Shown here: piece after piece, positions 52,303-64,000 of the stretch
How the letters are laid out: each line of letters opens with the position of its first letter
Numbering within the stretch: the first letter of the stretch is position 1
NCBI GenBank assembly: GCA_964016885.1
Contig: OZ024764.1
Span: 13,268,001-13,332,000 of the forward strand
Origin: Eledone cirrhosa
Lineage: Eukaryota
Reading direction: 5' to 3'
Length of the DNA stretch: 64,000 nt
Position numbers and translations under genes: made by a program
The notes under the pieces: model-generated
Told to the model about the DNA's origin: nothing
Database searches by the model: none
The model's input: the letters and a program-made list of their open reading frames with translations, nothing else

Positions 52303-52437
52303 CTGATATTTGATTCAATTTCGGTCAGGTTACACCTGACAGCTGTTCTGGAACGTAACGACCTACCCTGGGTGATCTGACGGGGTGGTGGTGGTGTTGG
52401 AGGGGCTGGAGAGAGCTGAACCTTGTTTTTGTCAGGG
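52303..52437 (-). CDS. NFATC2IP: NFATC2IP exon (PDKNKVQLSPAPPTPPPPRQ...TEIESNI)
   Basis: Acceptor atgttgcag, donor AG|gtgagt, 135 nt, phase 2-2. Confidence 0.72.
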
Positions 52438-52484
52438 CTGCAACATATAGGGGTTAGAAAATGGATGATTAACATGCAGAATGG

Positions 52485-53865
52485 GTGATGGTGGTGGTGG
52501 TGGTGGTGGTGGTGGTAATGGTGATGGTTGGTGGTGATGGTGATGGTGGTGGTGGTGATGTTGGTGGTGATGGTAATGGTGGTGGTAGTGGTGATGGTGG
52601 TGGTGGTAGTGGTGATGACGGTGGTGGTAGTGGTGATGATGGTGGTGGTTGTGGTGGTGATGTTGGTGGTGATGGTAATGGTGATGGTTGGTGGTGGTGG
52701 TGATGGTGGTGGTGGTGGTGATGTTGGTGGTGATGGTAATGGTGATGGTGATGGTGGTGGTAGTGATGGTGGTGGTGGTGGTGATGTTGGTGGTGATGGT
52801 AATGGTGGTGATGGTGGTGATGGTGGTGGTAGTGGTGATGACGGTGGTGGTAGTGGTGATGATGGTGGTGGTGGTGGTGGTGATGTTGGTGGTGATGGTA
52901 ATGGTGATGGTTGGTGGTGGTGGTGATGGTGGTGGTGATGTTGGTGGTGATGTTGGTGGTGATGGTAATGGTGGTGGTAGTGGTGATGGTGGTGATGGTG
53001 GTGGTGGTAGTGGTGATGACGGTGGTGGTAGTGGTGATGATGGTGGTGGTGGTGGTGGTGATGTTGGTGGTGATGGTAATGGTTGGTGGTGGTGGTGATG
53101 GTGGTGGTGGTGGTGATGTTGGTGGTGATGGTAATGGTAGTGATTGTGGTGGTAGTGGTGATGGTGGTGGTAGTGGTGATGGTGGTGGTAGTGGTGATGA
53201 TGGTGGTGGTGGTGGTGATGTTGGTGGTGATGGTGGTGGTAGTGGTGATGGTGGTGGTAGTGGTGATGATGGTGGTGGTGGTGGTGATGTTGGTGGTGAT
53301 GGTAATGGTGATGGTTGGTGGTGGTGGTGATGTTGGTGGTAGTGGTGATGGTGGTGGTAGTGGTGATGATGGTGGTGGTAGTGGTGATGATGGTGGTGGT
53401 GGTGATGTTGGTGGTGATGGTAATGGTGGTGGTGATGGTGGTGGTGGTGGTGGTGATGGTGGTGGTGATGATGGTGTTGATGTTGGTGGTGATGGTGATG
53501 GTGGTGGTAGTGGTGATGGTGGTGGTGGTAGTGGTGATGATGGTGATGGTGGTGGTAGTGGTGGTGGTGGTGGTGGTGGTGATGGTGGTGGTGATGATGG
53601 TGGTGTTGGTGGTGGTGGTGGTGGTGGTGGTGGTGGTGGTGATGGTGGTGGTGGTGTTGATGGTGATGGTAATGGTGGTTGATGATGGTAATGGTGATGA
53701 TGGTGGTGGTGGTGGTGGTGATGTTGGTGTTGATGTTGGTGGTGGTGGTGATGGTGGTGGTAGTGGTGATGATGGTGGTGATAGTGGTAATGATGGTGGT
53801 GGTGATGATGGTGGTGGTGGTGGTGATGGTAATGGTGATGATGGTGGTTGGTGGTGGTGATGGTG
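52485..53865. repeat. (GGT/GAT)n trinucleotide tract
   Basis: Direct inspection. Confidence 0.95.
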
Positions 53866-54983
53866 AAAAAGGTTCTCAGGGTTGTTGTTGACAAGATGGT
53901 TAATAACTTTGGGGGTGTCTATCAAGTCTGTTGCCAGACGTCGGAGCTTCAATGTATCCATGGCGAGGGAAGCAAGGTGTTCAGAGTATGGTAGATGCCT
54001 AATGGAGGGTATTATTTTGAGAAAAATTTAAGGGCAGTGAATTGGCAGTATCGGTAGGGGGTCGGATGCCATGCTTTGCAGCATAGAGTTACGTCCCTTT
54101 ACAGTCTGAGTTCAAATCCCGCCGAGGTTAACTTTGCCTTTCATCCTTACAGGGTCAATAAAATAAAGTACCAGCAATGTCCTGGGGGAAATTGCTGGCC
54201 TTGTGCCAAAAGTAGAAACAATTATTTATTCAAAGTAATGGTGGATTGGCAGTATCGGTAGAGGGTCAGACGCCATGCTTTCCAGCATAGTAACGTCCCT
54301 TAACGATCTGAGTTCAAATCCCGCCGATGTTGACTTTGCCTTTCATCCTTATAGGGTCAATAAAATAAAATACCAGTAATGTACTGGGGTCGATTAATCG
54401 ACTTTCCCCTATCCCCAAATTACTGACCTTGAGCCTATACTAGAAATCATATTGACAGTATCGGTAGAGGGCCGGGCGCCATGCTTTGCAGCATAGAGTT
54501 ACGTCCCTTTACAGTCTGAGTTCAAATCCCGCCCAGGTTAACTTTGCCTTTCATCCTCACGGGGGGGGGGGGGGGGTCGATAAAATAAAGTACCAGTAAT
54601 GTACTGGACAATTGCTGGCCTTGTGCCTAAAGTAGAAACAATTATTTTGAGAAAAATACTTTAACATCAGTATGAATGGGATAGATGGCCAATCACTGAG
54701 GAGATCATCCACTCCTTTTAACAGCTCTTGTTTTGTGTGCTGCTGGGGTTCCACTTACCCTTCTCACTAAACCAGGGTCTTGTGGGGGGTGTTATTTAAC
54801 CCACAGTTGGGGAAGATGGTTGTTGACCAGCGTTGGGCCTGCTGGGGGAGACCAGTTTAGTTAGTTAATATGTTGTTAATATGATTGACTAAAAACCCTC
54901 AATGGCAGTGCCCCAGCATTGTTGCTGTTGAACAAGTGAAACATGTAAAGGAATAACCAAAATTAGTGGCAGTGAGTTCTCAC

Positions 54984-55053
54984 CTGTCTGAGGACTCAGG
55001 CAGATCGACATCATCTGTGTTCTCATTGGCATCATCTCGTTTCTCACAATTAC
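54984..55053 (-). CDS. NFATC2IP: NFATC2IP exon (acidic, NCEKRDDANENTDDVDLPESSD)
   Basis: Acceptor cttttccag, donor AG|gtgaga, 70 nt, phase 1-2, in frame with the exon at 52437. Confidence 0.65.
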
Positions 55054-55356
55054 CTGGAAAAGATACAAATTGTTATTAACTCTTAACATCATGTAATAAT
55101 TTAGCAGAAAATATCTACAAAAAAAGTTTGTTAATTCAAATGTTTATAGTATCTTTACTAGTGGACAGATTGATGTAAACATTTGCAGTATTATCTCTTA
55201 ATCTAAACTATAATAAAGTAAGGAGTGCGGGACTGCGTACACTTTATAAAGTTGATTAAATATATTTTGTTTATTTAAAGATTCACTTCTTTAAAATTTC
55301 TGAAATGTCAACACTTCCGGTTGGCCTTCGCTTAAATAAACATACTAAGTTTCTTA

Positions 55357-57432
55357 AGTATATATAGAGTAATGTAAATGTTATGTGAGATATTATGTGA
55401 GGTAAAGCCTTTACTGTGACAATACAAAAGTATATATAGAGTAATGTAAATGTTATGTGAGATATTATGTGAGGTAAAGCCTTTACTGTGACAATACAAT
55501 AGTATATATAGAGTAATGTAAATGTTATGTGAGATATTATGTGAGGTAAAGCCTTTACTGTGAAAATACAATAGTATATATAGAGTAATGTAAATGTTAT
55601 GTGAGATATTATGTGAGGTAAAGCCTTTACTGTGACAATACAATAGTATATATAGAGTAATGTAAATGTTATGTGAGATATTATGTGAGGTAAAGCCTTT
55701 ACTGTGACAATACAATAGTATATATAGAGTAATGTAAATGTTATGTGAGATATTATGTGAGGTAAAGCCTTTACTGTGAAAATACAATAGTATATATAGA
55801 GTAATGTAAATGTTATGTGAGATATTATGTGAGGTAAAGCCTTTACTGTGAAAATACAATAGTATATATAGAGTAATGTAAATGTTATGTGAGGTAAAGC
55901 CTTTACTGTGAAAATACAATAGTATATATAGAGTAATGTAAATGTTATGTGAGATATTATGTGAGGTAAAGCCTTTACTGTGACAATACAATAGTATATA
56001 TAGAGTAATGTAAATGTTATGCGAGGTAAAGCCTTTACTGTGACAATACAATAGTATATATAGAGTAATGTAAATGTTATGCGAGATATTATGTGAGGTA
56101 AAGCCTTTACTGTGAAAATACAATAGTATATATAGAGTAATGTAAATGTTATGTGAGATATTATGTGAGGTAAAGCCTTTACTGTGACAATACAAAAGTA
56201 TATATAGAGTAATGTAAATGTTATGTGAGATATTATGTGAGGTAAAGCCTTTACTGTGAAAATACAATAGTATATATAGAGTAATGTAAATGTTATATGA
56301 CGTAAAGCCTTTACTGTGAAAATACAATAGTATATATAGAGTAATGTAAATGTTATGTGAGATATTATGTGAGGTAAAGCCTTTACTGTGACAATACAAA
56401 AGTATATATAGAGTAATGTAAATGTTATGTGAGATATTATGTGAGGTAAAGCCTTTACTGTGAAAATACAATAGTATATATAGAGTAATGTAAATGTTAT
56501 GTGAGATATTATGTGAGGTAAAGCCTTTACTGTGACAATACAATAGTATATATAGAGTAATGTAAATGTTATGTGAGATATTATGTGAGGTAAAGCCTTT
56601 ACTGTGAAAATACAATAGTATATATAGAGTAATGTAAATGTTATGTGAGATATTATGTGAGGTAAAGCCTTTACTGTGACAATACAATAGTATATATAGA
56701 GTAATGTAAATGTTATGTGAGATATTATGTGAGGTAAAGCCTTTACTGTGACAATACAATAGTATATATAGAGTAATGTAAATGTTATGTGAGATATTAT
56801 GTGAGGTAAAGCCTTTACTGTGAAAATACAATAGTATATATAGAGTAATGTAAATGTTATGTGAGATATTATGTGAGGTAAAGCCTTTACTGTGAAAATA
56901 CAATAGTATATATAGAGTAATGTAAATGTTATGTGAGATATTATGTGAGGTAAAGCCTTTACTGTGACAATACAATAGTATATATAGAGTAATGTAAATG
57001 TTATATGAGATATTATGTGAGGTAAAGCCTTTACTGTGAAAATACAATAGTATATATAGAGTAATGTAAATGTTATGTGACGTAAAGCCTTTACTGTGAA
57101 AATACAATAGTATATATAGAGTAATGTAAATGTTATGTGAGATATTATGTGAGGTAAAGCCTTTACTGTGAAAATACAATAGTATATATAGAGTAATGTA
57201 AATGTTATGTGAGATATTATGTGAGGTAAAGCCTTTACTGTGAAAATACAATAGTATATATAGAGTAATGTAAATGTTATGTGAGATATTATGTGAGGTA
57301 AAGCCTTTACTGTGAAAATACAATAGTATATATAGAGTAATGTAAATGTTATGTGAGATATTATGTGAGGTAAAGCCTTTACTGTGAAAATACAATAGTA
57401 TATATAGAGTAATGTAAATGCTAAAAGGTTAA
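55357..57432. repeat. ~69-bp MITE-derived array ending in the TIR gctaaaaggttaa
   Basis: About 30 units. Confidence 0.92.
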
Positions 57433-57680
57433 AACATCCTGTAATAATTTAGCAGAAAATATCTAAAAATAATGTTTAATTCAAATGTTGATAGTATCTT
57501 TACTAGCGGACAGATTGTAGTAAAGATTTGCAGTCATCATCATTGTTTAATATCATCTTCCATGCTAGCATGGGTTAGACGGTAATTGTCCCACTTGAGG
57601 CAAAATTGATCGGGTGACCATGTCTCGCTCGTATAGGACTATATCTGGGAGGTTTTCTATGGCTGAATGCCCTTCCTATC

Positions 57681-57905
57681 AAGATGATCTTTGCCCTCTT
57701 CAACCTTCTAACCTTTTGTCCCGGAGCAACAAGGTATCTCATACGTTTCACGATGATTTCATTTTCAAGTCTTCTGTCACCGCTCTTTGAACTGTCATAG
57801 CTGAAACTCCTCCCTCATGTGCCAAGCCTCTTATGGATTGAGTTGGATCTCTTCTTATCGATCTCTTCAGCTCCAGATTGAAATGATGATCCTTCTTGCA
57901 GTTAT
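57681..57905 (-). mobile_element. Degraded mariner-type transposase fragment
   Basis: Minus strand reads LKRSIRRDPTQSIRGLAHEGGVSAMTVQRAVTEDLKMKS, then stops. Confidence 0.55.
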
Positions 57906-59160
57906 GACCTCACACACTTACACCTCTCCAAGACAATGTCACTGGACCGAGACCTTTGGCGGTACTCAGTAATAGAGAAGACCCGCCTTACCTAAATACA
58001 AAGTAAAAACCTACTACAGTCAGTAGGCATCTCTATCAAAACACCCCCCCCCCCCGTCCCACCACCTCCACCCCATCCACACCGCCCCTTTCAATGTAAA
58101 GTTATGTTGGTGCCACAACATCCAGGCCGAAACAAATGAGATCGTGTAGGTGTCACGACAAAAAAAACACACAGTCCACGCTGTAAATGTGACCGTGTAG
58201 GCAACACGGTAAAAACCTCCCAGCCCCACACTGTAAATGTGGTTGGTGTTAGGAAGGGCATCCAACTGTAGAAAACCCGCCAGACAGTCCTATGCGAGCA
58301 AGACAACCACTCTTGCCTCAAGTGGGAAAACCCCCGTCCAAACCCATGCAAGCGTGGAACACGGACGCTAAACCTGATGATGATGATGATGATATAATAA
58401 TGGAGAGACAGGATACATTAATCCTCTAACCACTAAGCCATGTCCGTCCATTATAATATATATATGAGATGATAAAAGCCGACCTTACCCAATTACACCT
58501 CTCAAAGACAATGACACACGACCGTGACTTCTGGCGTCACGCAGTAATAGAGTACCCGACCTCCCATGGGTACAAGCTGAAGCATATAGACAATATGCCC
58601 CCACACCCCCCACCGCAAGGTGGTCGTGGAGGTGCCACGGAAAAAAAAGCACCCAGCCCACACTGTTAAGTGGACGTGTAGGCGCCACGAAAAAAAAGCA
58701 CCCAGCACTCACTGTAAATGAGGTTGGTGTTAGGAAGGGCATCCAGCTGTAGAAACCAAGCCAGAATCAGTTCCTGTATGAGCAAGGCATGGTCAGCCGA
58801 CCAGACACTGCCCACAACAGGACAACCCGTCTAACCCATGCTAGCGTGGAAGAACGGACGTAAAACGGTGATGATGATGAATATATACACGCGAACATAT
58901 ATTTATATCATCATCATCAACATATATATACAAATACATATATGTACATTCAGAAACAGGGTGCGAACATAATTTCACGCCTTTTTAAAGAAATTATAAA
59001 GAGTGTATATTGAATGCTTTTATTGTTCAACTGTTATTGTTAATTGTACGCAGTTTTACTGCAGTATGAGTAACATGGACATTGTCAACATCAAGCACAA
59101 AGCCCATGTGGACTGGGTGTTTTGTGTATCAACATTATATACAAATATATATATATATAT

Positions 59161-62100
59161 GCAAGCTTTTCTGGGTGGGAAATGACAATGGGTTTGGTAG
59201 CAGAAAAGTGGGCAGATAAGATAATAGACGTAAATAGAGTGAACGACCGAATAATTAAAATAAAACTAGTCCTCAATAAAACTACGGTGACAGTAATATC
59301 TGCATACGCACCCCAATCCAGACTGCCCGGCGCTATAAAAGACAGATTCTACGAGACACTGATGCTCGCTACCTCCCAAATAACCGACAGTGACTATATA
59401 GTTATTGCAGGCGACCTAAATGGTCACGTTGGACAACATTGTGACGGCTATGACGGAATCCATGGAGGCTATGGGTTCGGTACTAGAAATGAGGAAGGCT
59501 CCAGAATCCTGGAATTCTGCGACGCAAATAACTTAACTATCTGTAACACTAACTTCAAAAAACGAGACAATCACTTGATCACCTATAGATCGGGGGAACA
59601 CACAAGCCAGGTAGATTATATCCTTACCAGAAGACGTGACAGAGTGTCTGTTGTTAACACTAAATCCCACCCCCATGAAGAATTCACCTCCCAACATAGA
59701 CTGATAATTAGCGACCTCATAGTCAGGACGAGACGTACTAGACAGCGGAAGAGGACTATCCTCAGGAGAAAAATATGGAAGCTAAAGGACCCCATAGCCA
59801 GAAATAAATTTCAAAGCATATTACTTGACGCTTTCGACAGTAAGGAAGAGCAATTAGAGTCGTATAATATAGAGGAACAGTGGGAATTCCTGAGAGCAAA
59901 CCTGCTGACGGCGGCAGACGAAGTCTGTGGCTGGAGCAGGCCTGTAGGTAGGAGGAGAGTAACATGGTGGTGGAACAGTAAGGTGGAGGAGTCAATTAAG
60001 GCCAAAAAGCAGGCTTGGAAAGTATGGCGGGATGGGGGAAGTAGAGAAGACTATCAAGTGGCCAGGAGGGAAGCTAGGAGACAAGTGTACTTCGCAAGAA
60101 GGGAAGCAGAGGAAAGAAAGTTCAAGCATGTTCTACAACGTGAGGACCAAAAACGTGAGGTGTTCAGGATTGCCAGGCAATGTGTCAAGGAAAACCGTGA
60201 TATTGTCGGGGAGAAGTGTGTACTTAACGATGATGGCATACTTGCCATCACCGACGCTGATAAGAAGGTAGCTTGGAAGTGTCACTACGAAAGGCTTCTA
60301 AATGAGGAGAACAAATGGGAGAAAGACAGTCTCCCCCCAGATCGATCCAATAGAGGGACCAGCAGTGTTAGTTGAAGGTAGTATAATAAGTAAGGCAATC
60401 AAAGATATGAAGACGGGTAAGGCGGCTGGGCCTTCGGAAATAGTTGCTGAGATGCTGAAGGCATCTGGTTCGGTGGGACACACCATGGTCACCCGGATAG
60501 TTAACCAAGTCGTACAGAATGGGGTTGTTCCGAAGGAATGGGGTAGCAGCATCATCGTTAACTGCTATAAGGGAAAAGGAGATGCCCTAGATAGGAGTAA
60601 CTATAGAGGCATTAAATTAATCGACCAGGTCATGAAGGTCACGGAAAAAGTAATAGCGCAACTAATCAGAGAGAGAATTGATCTAGATGAAATGCAGTTC
60701 GGGTTTGTGTCAGGCAAAAGTACCACAGACGCTCTTTTCATTGTACGACAACTACAGGAGAAGTACCTAGCTAAAAGTAAACCCCTATACTTAGCTTTTG
60801 TCGACTTGGAGAAAGCCTTCGACAGAGTCCCCCGTTCCATTATCTGGTGGTCTCTTAGAAAACTAGGTGTTGACGAATGGCTTGTGAGAGCTATACAAGC
60901 CATGTATAAAGAAACAGTCAGTAAGGTTAGAATTAACAACGAATATAGTGAAGAGTTTAGCGTAAAAGTTGGTGTCCATCAGGGCTCTGTACTTAGCCCC
61001 CTACTATTTATTATTGCTCTTCAGGCTATAACAGAGGAGTTCAAGACCGGCTGCCCATGGGAACTCCTATACGCAGATGATCTAACGCTCATAGCTGAAT
61101 CAATGACCGAACTAGAGAAGAAATTCCAAACATGGAAGCACGGCCTAGAATCAAAAGGCCTTAAAATTAACCTGGCTAAGACTAAAGTTCTAGTTTGTAG
61201 GAAAGAAAATAAGGCGGCGGTCCCATCTGGGAAATGGCCATGCTCAGTGTGTAGGAAAGGCGTAGGTAGAAACTCCATTTTATGTCCCAAATGCAAAGTA
61301 TGGGTGCATAAAAGATGTAGTGGGATCACAGGTAAGCTAACTAAGAACATAGATTTTACATGTGGCCGGTGTTCTGGTGCAATAAGTAGCAGCAAGTGCC
61401 CACAAAATACTAGCTCCTTCAACTGCGCAGAGGGTTCTATAGAAATAGTGGACAGCTTCCGTTATCTGGGTGACAAAATCAGCAGTGGGGGAAGGTGCTC
61501 TGAAAGTACAGTAGCTAGAGTCAGAACTGGATGGAAAAAGTTCAGAGAGCTTATACCACTATTAGCCGCTAGAGGGTTCTCCCTAAAAATGAAAGGCAGG
61601 TTATACGATGCCTGCATACGAACAGCAATGCTGCATGGCAGTGAGACCTGGGCATTGTGTGCAGAGGATATACGCAGACTAGAGAGGAACGAAGCTTGCA
61701 TGCTCCGCTGGATGTGCAATAGTAATATACGTGAACGGCAAAGCATAAACGAACTAAGGAAAAAATTAGAAATAAGAGGGATCAGATGTTGTTTACTCGA
61801 GAGAAGGCTACGTTGGTACGGTCACGTGATGCGCATGAAAGACGACAGCTGTATAACAAAGTGCAGGGCAATAAAGATAGACGGTAGCCACGGAGTAGGC
61901 AGACCCAGAAAAACATGGGACGAGCTGATAAATTCCGACCTCACACGCTTACACCTCTCCAAGACAATGTCACTGGACCGAGACCTTTGGCGGTACTCAG
62001 TAATAGAGAAGACCCGCCTTACCTAAATACAAAGTAAAAACCTACTACAGTCAGTAGGCATCTCTATCAAAACACACCCCCGTCCCACCACCTCCACCCC

Positions 62101-62510
62101 ACCCACACCGCCCCTTTCAATGTAAAGTTATGTTGGTCCCACAACATCCAGGCCGAAACAAATGAGATTGTGTAGGAGTCACGACAAAAAACACACAGTC
62201 CACGCTGTAAATGTGGCCGTGTAGGCAACACGGTAAAAACCTCCCAGCCCCACACTGTAAATGTGGTTGGTGTTAGGAAGGGCATCCAGCTGTAGAAAAC
62301 CCGCCAGACAGTCCACGCTGTAATGTGGCCGTGTAGGCAACACGGTAAAAACCTCCCAGCCCCACACTGTAAATGTGGTTGGTGTTAGGAAGGGCATCCA
62401 ACTGTAGAAAACCCGCCAGACAGTCCTATGCGAGCAAGACAACCACTCTTGCCTCAAGTGGGAAAACCCCCGTCCAAACCCATGCAAGCGTGGAACACGG
62501 ACGCTAAACC

Positions 62511-62541
<31 letters not shown>
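59161..62541 (+). mobile_element. Near-complete, 5'-truncated RTE LINE (APE-RT) with 3' UTR and (TGA)n tail
   Basis: SAYAPQ, GDLNGHVG, SQVDY, QHRL, QFGF and YADD motifs. One +1 shift in the C6 run at 60333-60338. Stop at 62026. Confidence 0.95.
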
Positions 62542-62542
<1 letters not shown>

Positions 62543-62622
62543 CAGTGGTTAGAGCATTGGGCTTGCAAGTCGATGTTGTTACGGTATGTCGAATCTATTT
62601 ATCTATAAAACTGTTTATATTG

Positions 62623-62688
62623 TATTTTGTCTGAGGAAGGCATAGCATATTGTTAATATGATATCCCTGAAATATATATAATGAAATA
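62623..62688 (+). ncRNA. Type I hammerhead ribozyme
   Basis: tattttgt CTGAGGA aggcatagcatatt-gtt-aatatgatatccct GAAA tatata TA atgaaata. Confidence 0.85.
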
Positions 62689-62725
62689 AATATGGTTTTA
62701 TAAATATAGTTTCCATTTATTTAAT

Positions 62726-62791
<66 letters not shown>

Positions 62792-62830
62792 AAAACAAGT
62801 AAAATATAAAATATACATCGATATACATAC

Positions 62831-62867
<37 letters not shown>

Positions 62868-63054
62868 TATACATACATATACATACATACACATACATAT
62901 ACATACACACACCATATAAATACACATACACACACGCATACATATAGAGACACATACATATACACATATAAATACATAGACATATACACATATACACACA
63001 TATATATATAAACATACACACATACACATATATATATACATTCACAACACACAC

Positions 63055-63124
<70 letters not shown>

Positions 63125-64000
63125 CTACACACATATATAAACACACTCATGTATATACACACATACACATACATACCCACACATATATATATATATATAT
63201 ATACATATACACATATATATATATATATATACACACATACATACACACACATATACATACACAAAGATATATATACATACACACACACATATAATAAATA
63301 TATATATATATATATATACACACACATATATACACATACACACACACACATACATACTCATACATACATATATATTCACATACATACACATACATATACG
63401 CATATATACACATACATACACATCCATGTATGCGTATATACATACAAACACCACCACACGCTCACACAACTCAGACATACATAAATAAAGGGATATACAT
63501 ACATATATAAATAGAGATACATATACACATATAAATATATACACACGTACACACACACACACATACATACATATATATACACACACACATATATACATAT
63601 ATATATATATCATCATCATCATCATCATCAACGTTTAACGTCCGTGTTCCACGCTTGCATGGGTTTGGACGGGGGTAGTCCCACTTGAGGCAAGAGTGAT
63701 TGTCTTGCTCGCATAGGACTGTCTGGCAGGTTTTCTACAGTTGGATGCCCTTCCTAACACCAACCACATTTACAGTGTGGGTCTGGGAGGTTTTTACCGT
63801 GTTGCCTACACGGCCACATTACAGCGTGGACTGTGTGTTTTTTTGTCGTGACACCTACACGATCTCATTTGTTTCGGCCTGGATGGCGCGGCACCAACAT
63901 AACTTTACATAGAACGGGGTGGTGTGGATGGGGTGGGGGTGGTGGCGGGACGGGGTGTATTTTGTTAGAGATGCCTACTGGCAAGGCGGGTCTTCTCTGT

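Noticed and set aside
55332-57395. 687-aa ORF and similar ORFs at 17-18, 29-33, 41-42, 44-45 and 49-52 kb
   Set aside because: They are satellite units without stops in one frame, with no splice or domain support.

Overview
This is AT-rich, repeat-saturated animal genomic DNA. The SINE/RTE/microsatellite mix looks like a coleoid cephalopod (Octopus-like); that is an inference. Three spliced host genes can be rebuilt from GT-AG exons with consistent phase. (1) The last two exons of IQCD/DRC10 (+, 2740-2811 and 11196-11558). (2) An apparently complete 376-aa type II membrane fucosyltransferase-superfamily gene (-, 23297->14591). (3) Six exons of NFATC2IP/NIP45 with two SUMO-like domains (-, 55053->41026; 5' end not found). 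The rest is RTE, Tx1, R4-like and CR1 LINE pieces, two tRNA-SINE families, Tc1/mariner and piggyBac-type MITEs, a non-autonomous Helitron, and kb-scale tandem arrays that mostly derive from those elements. The main discovery is a dispersed family of minimal type I hammerhead ribozymes: five complete cores, plus one degenerate and one truncated copy. All five have a TATRTA loop III and a freely covarying stem II that always keeps a C-C/C-U mismatch at pair 4. Three of them lie in sense orientation inside one IQCD intron. Other notable items are a C4HC3 PHD finger inserted inside the RT domain of the RTE family, a TTAA MITE carrying an expandable satellite, and inverted repeats bracketing in-frame exons. 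Most of the long ORFs in the supplied track are translations of simple repeats.
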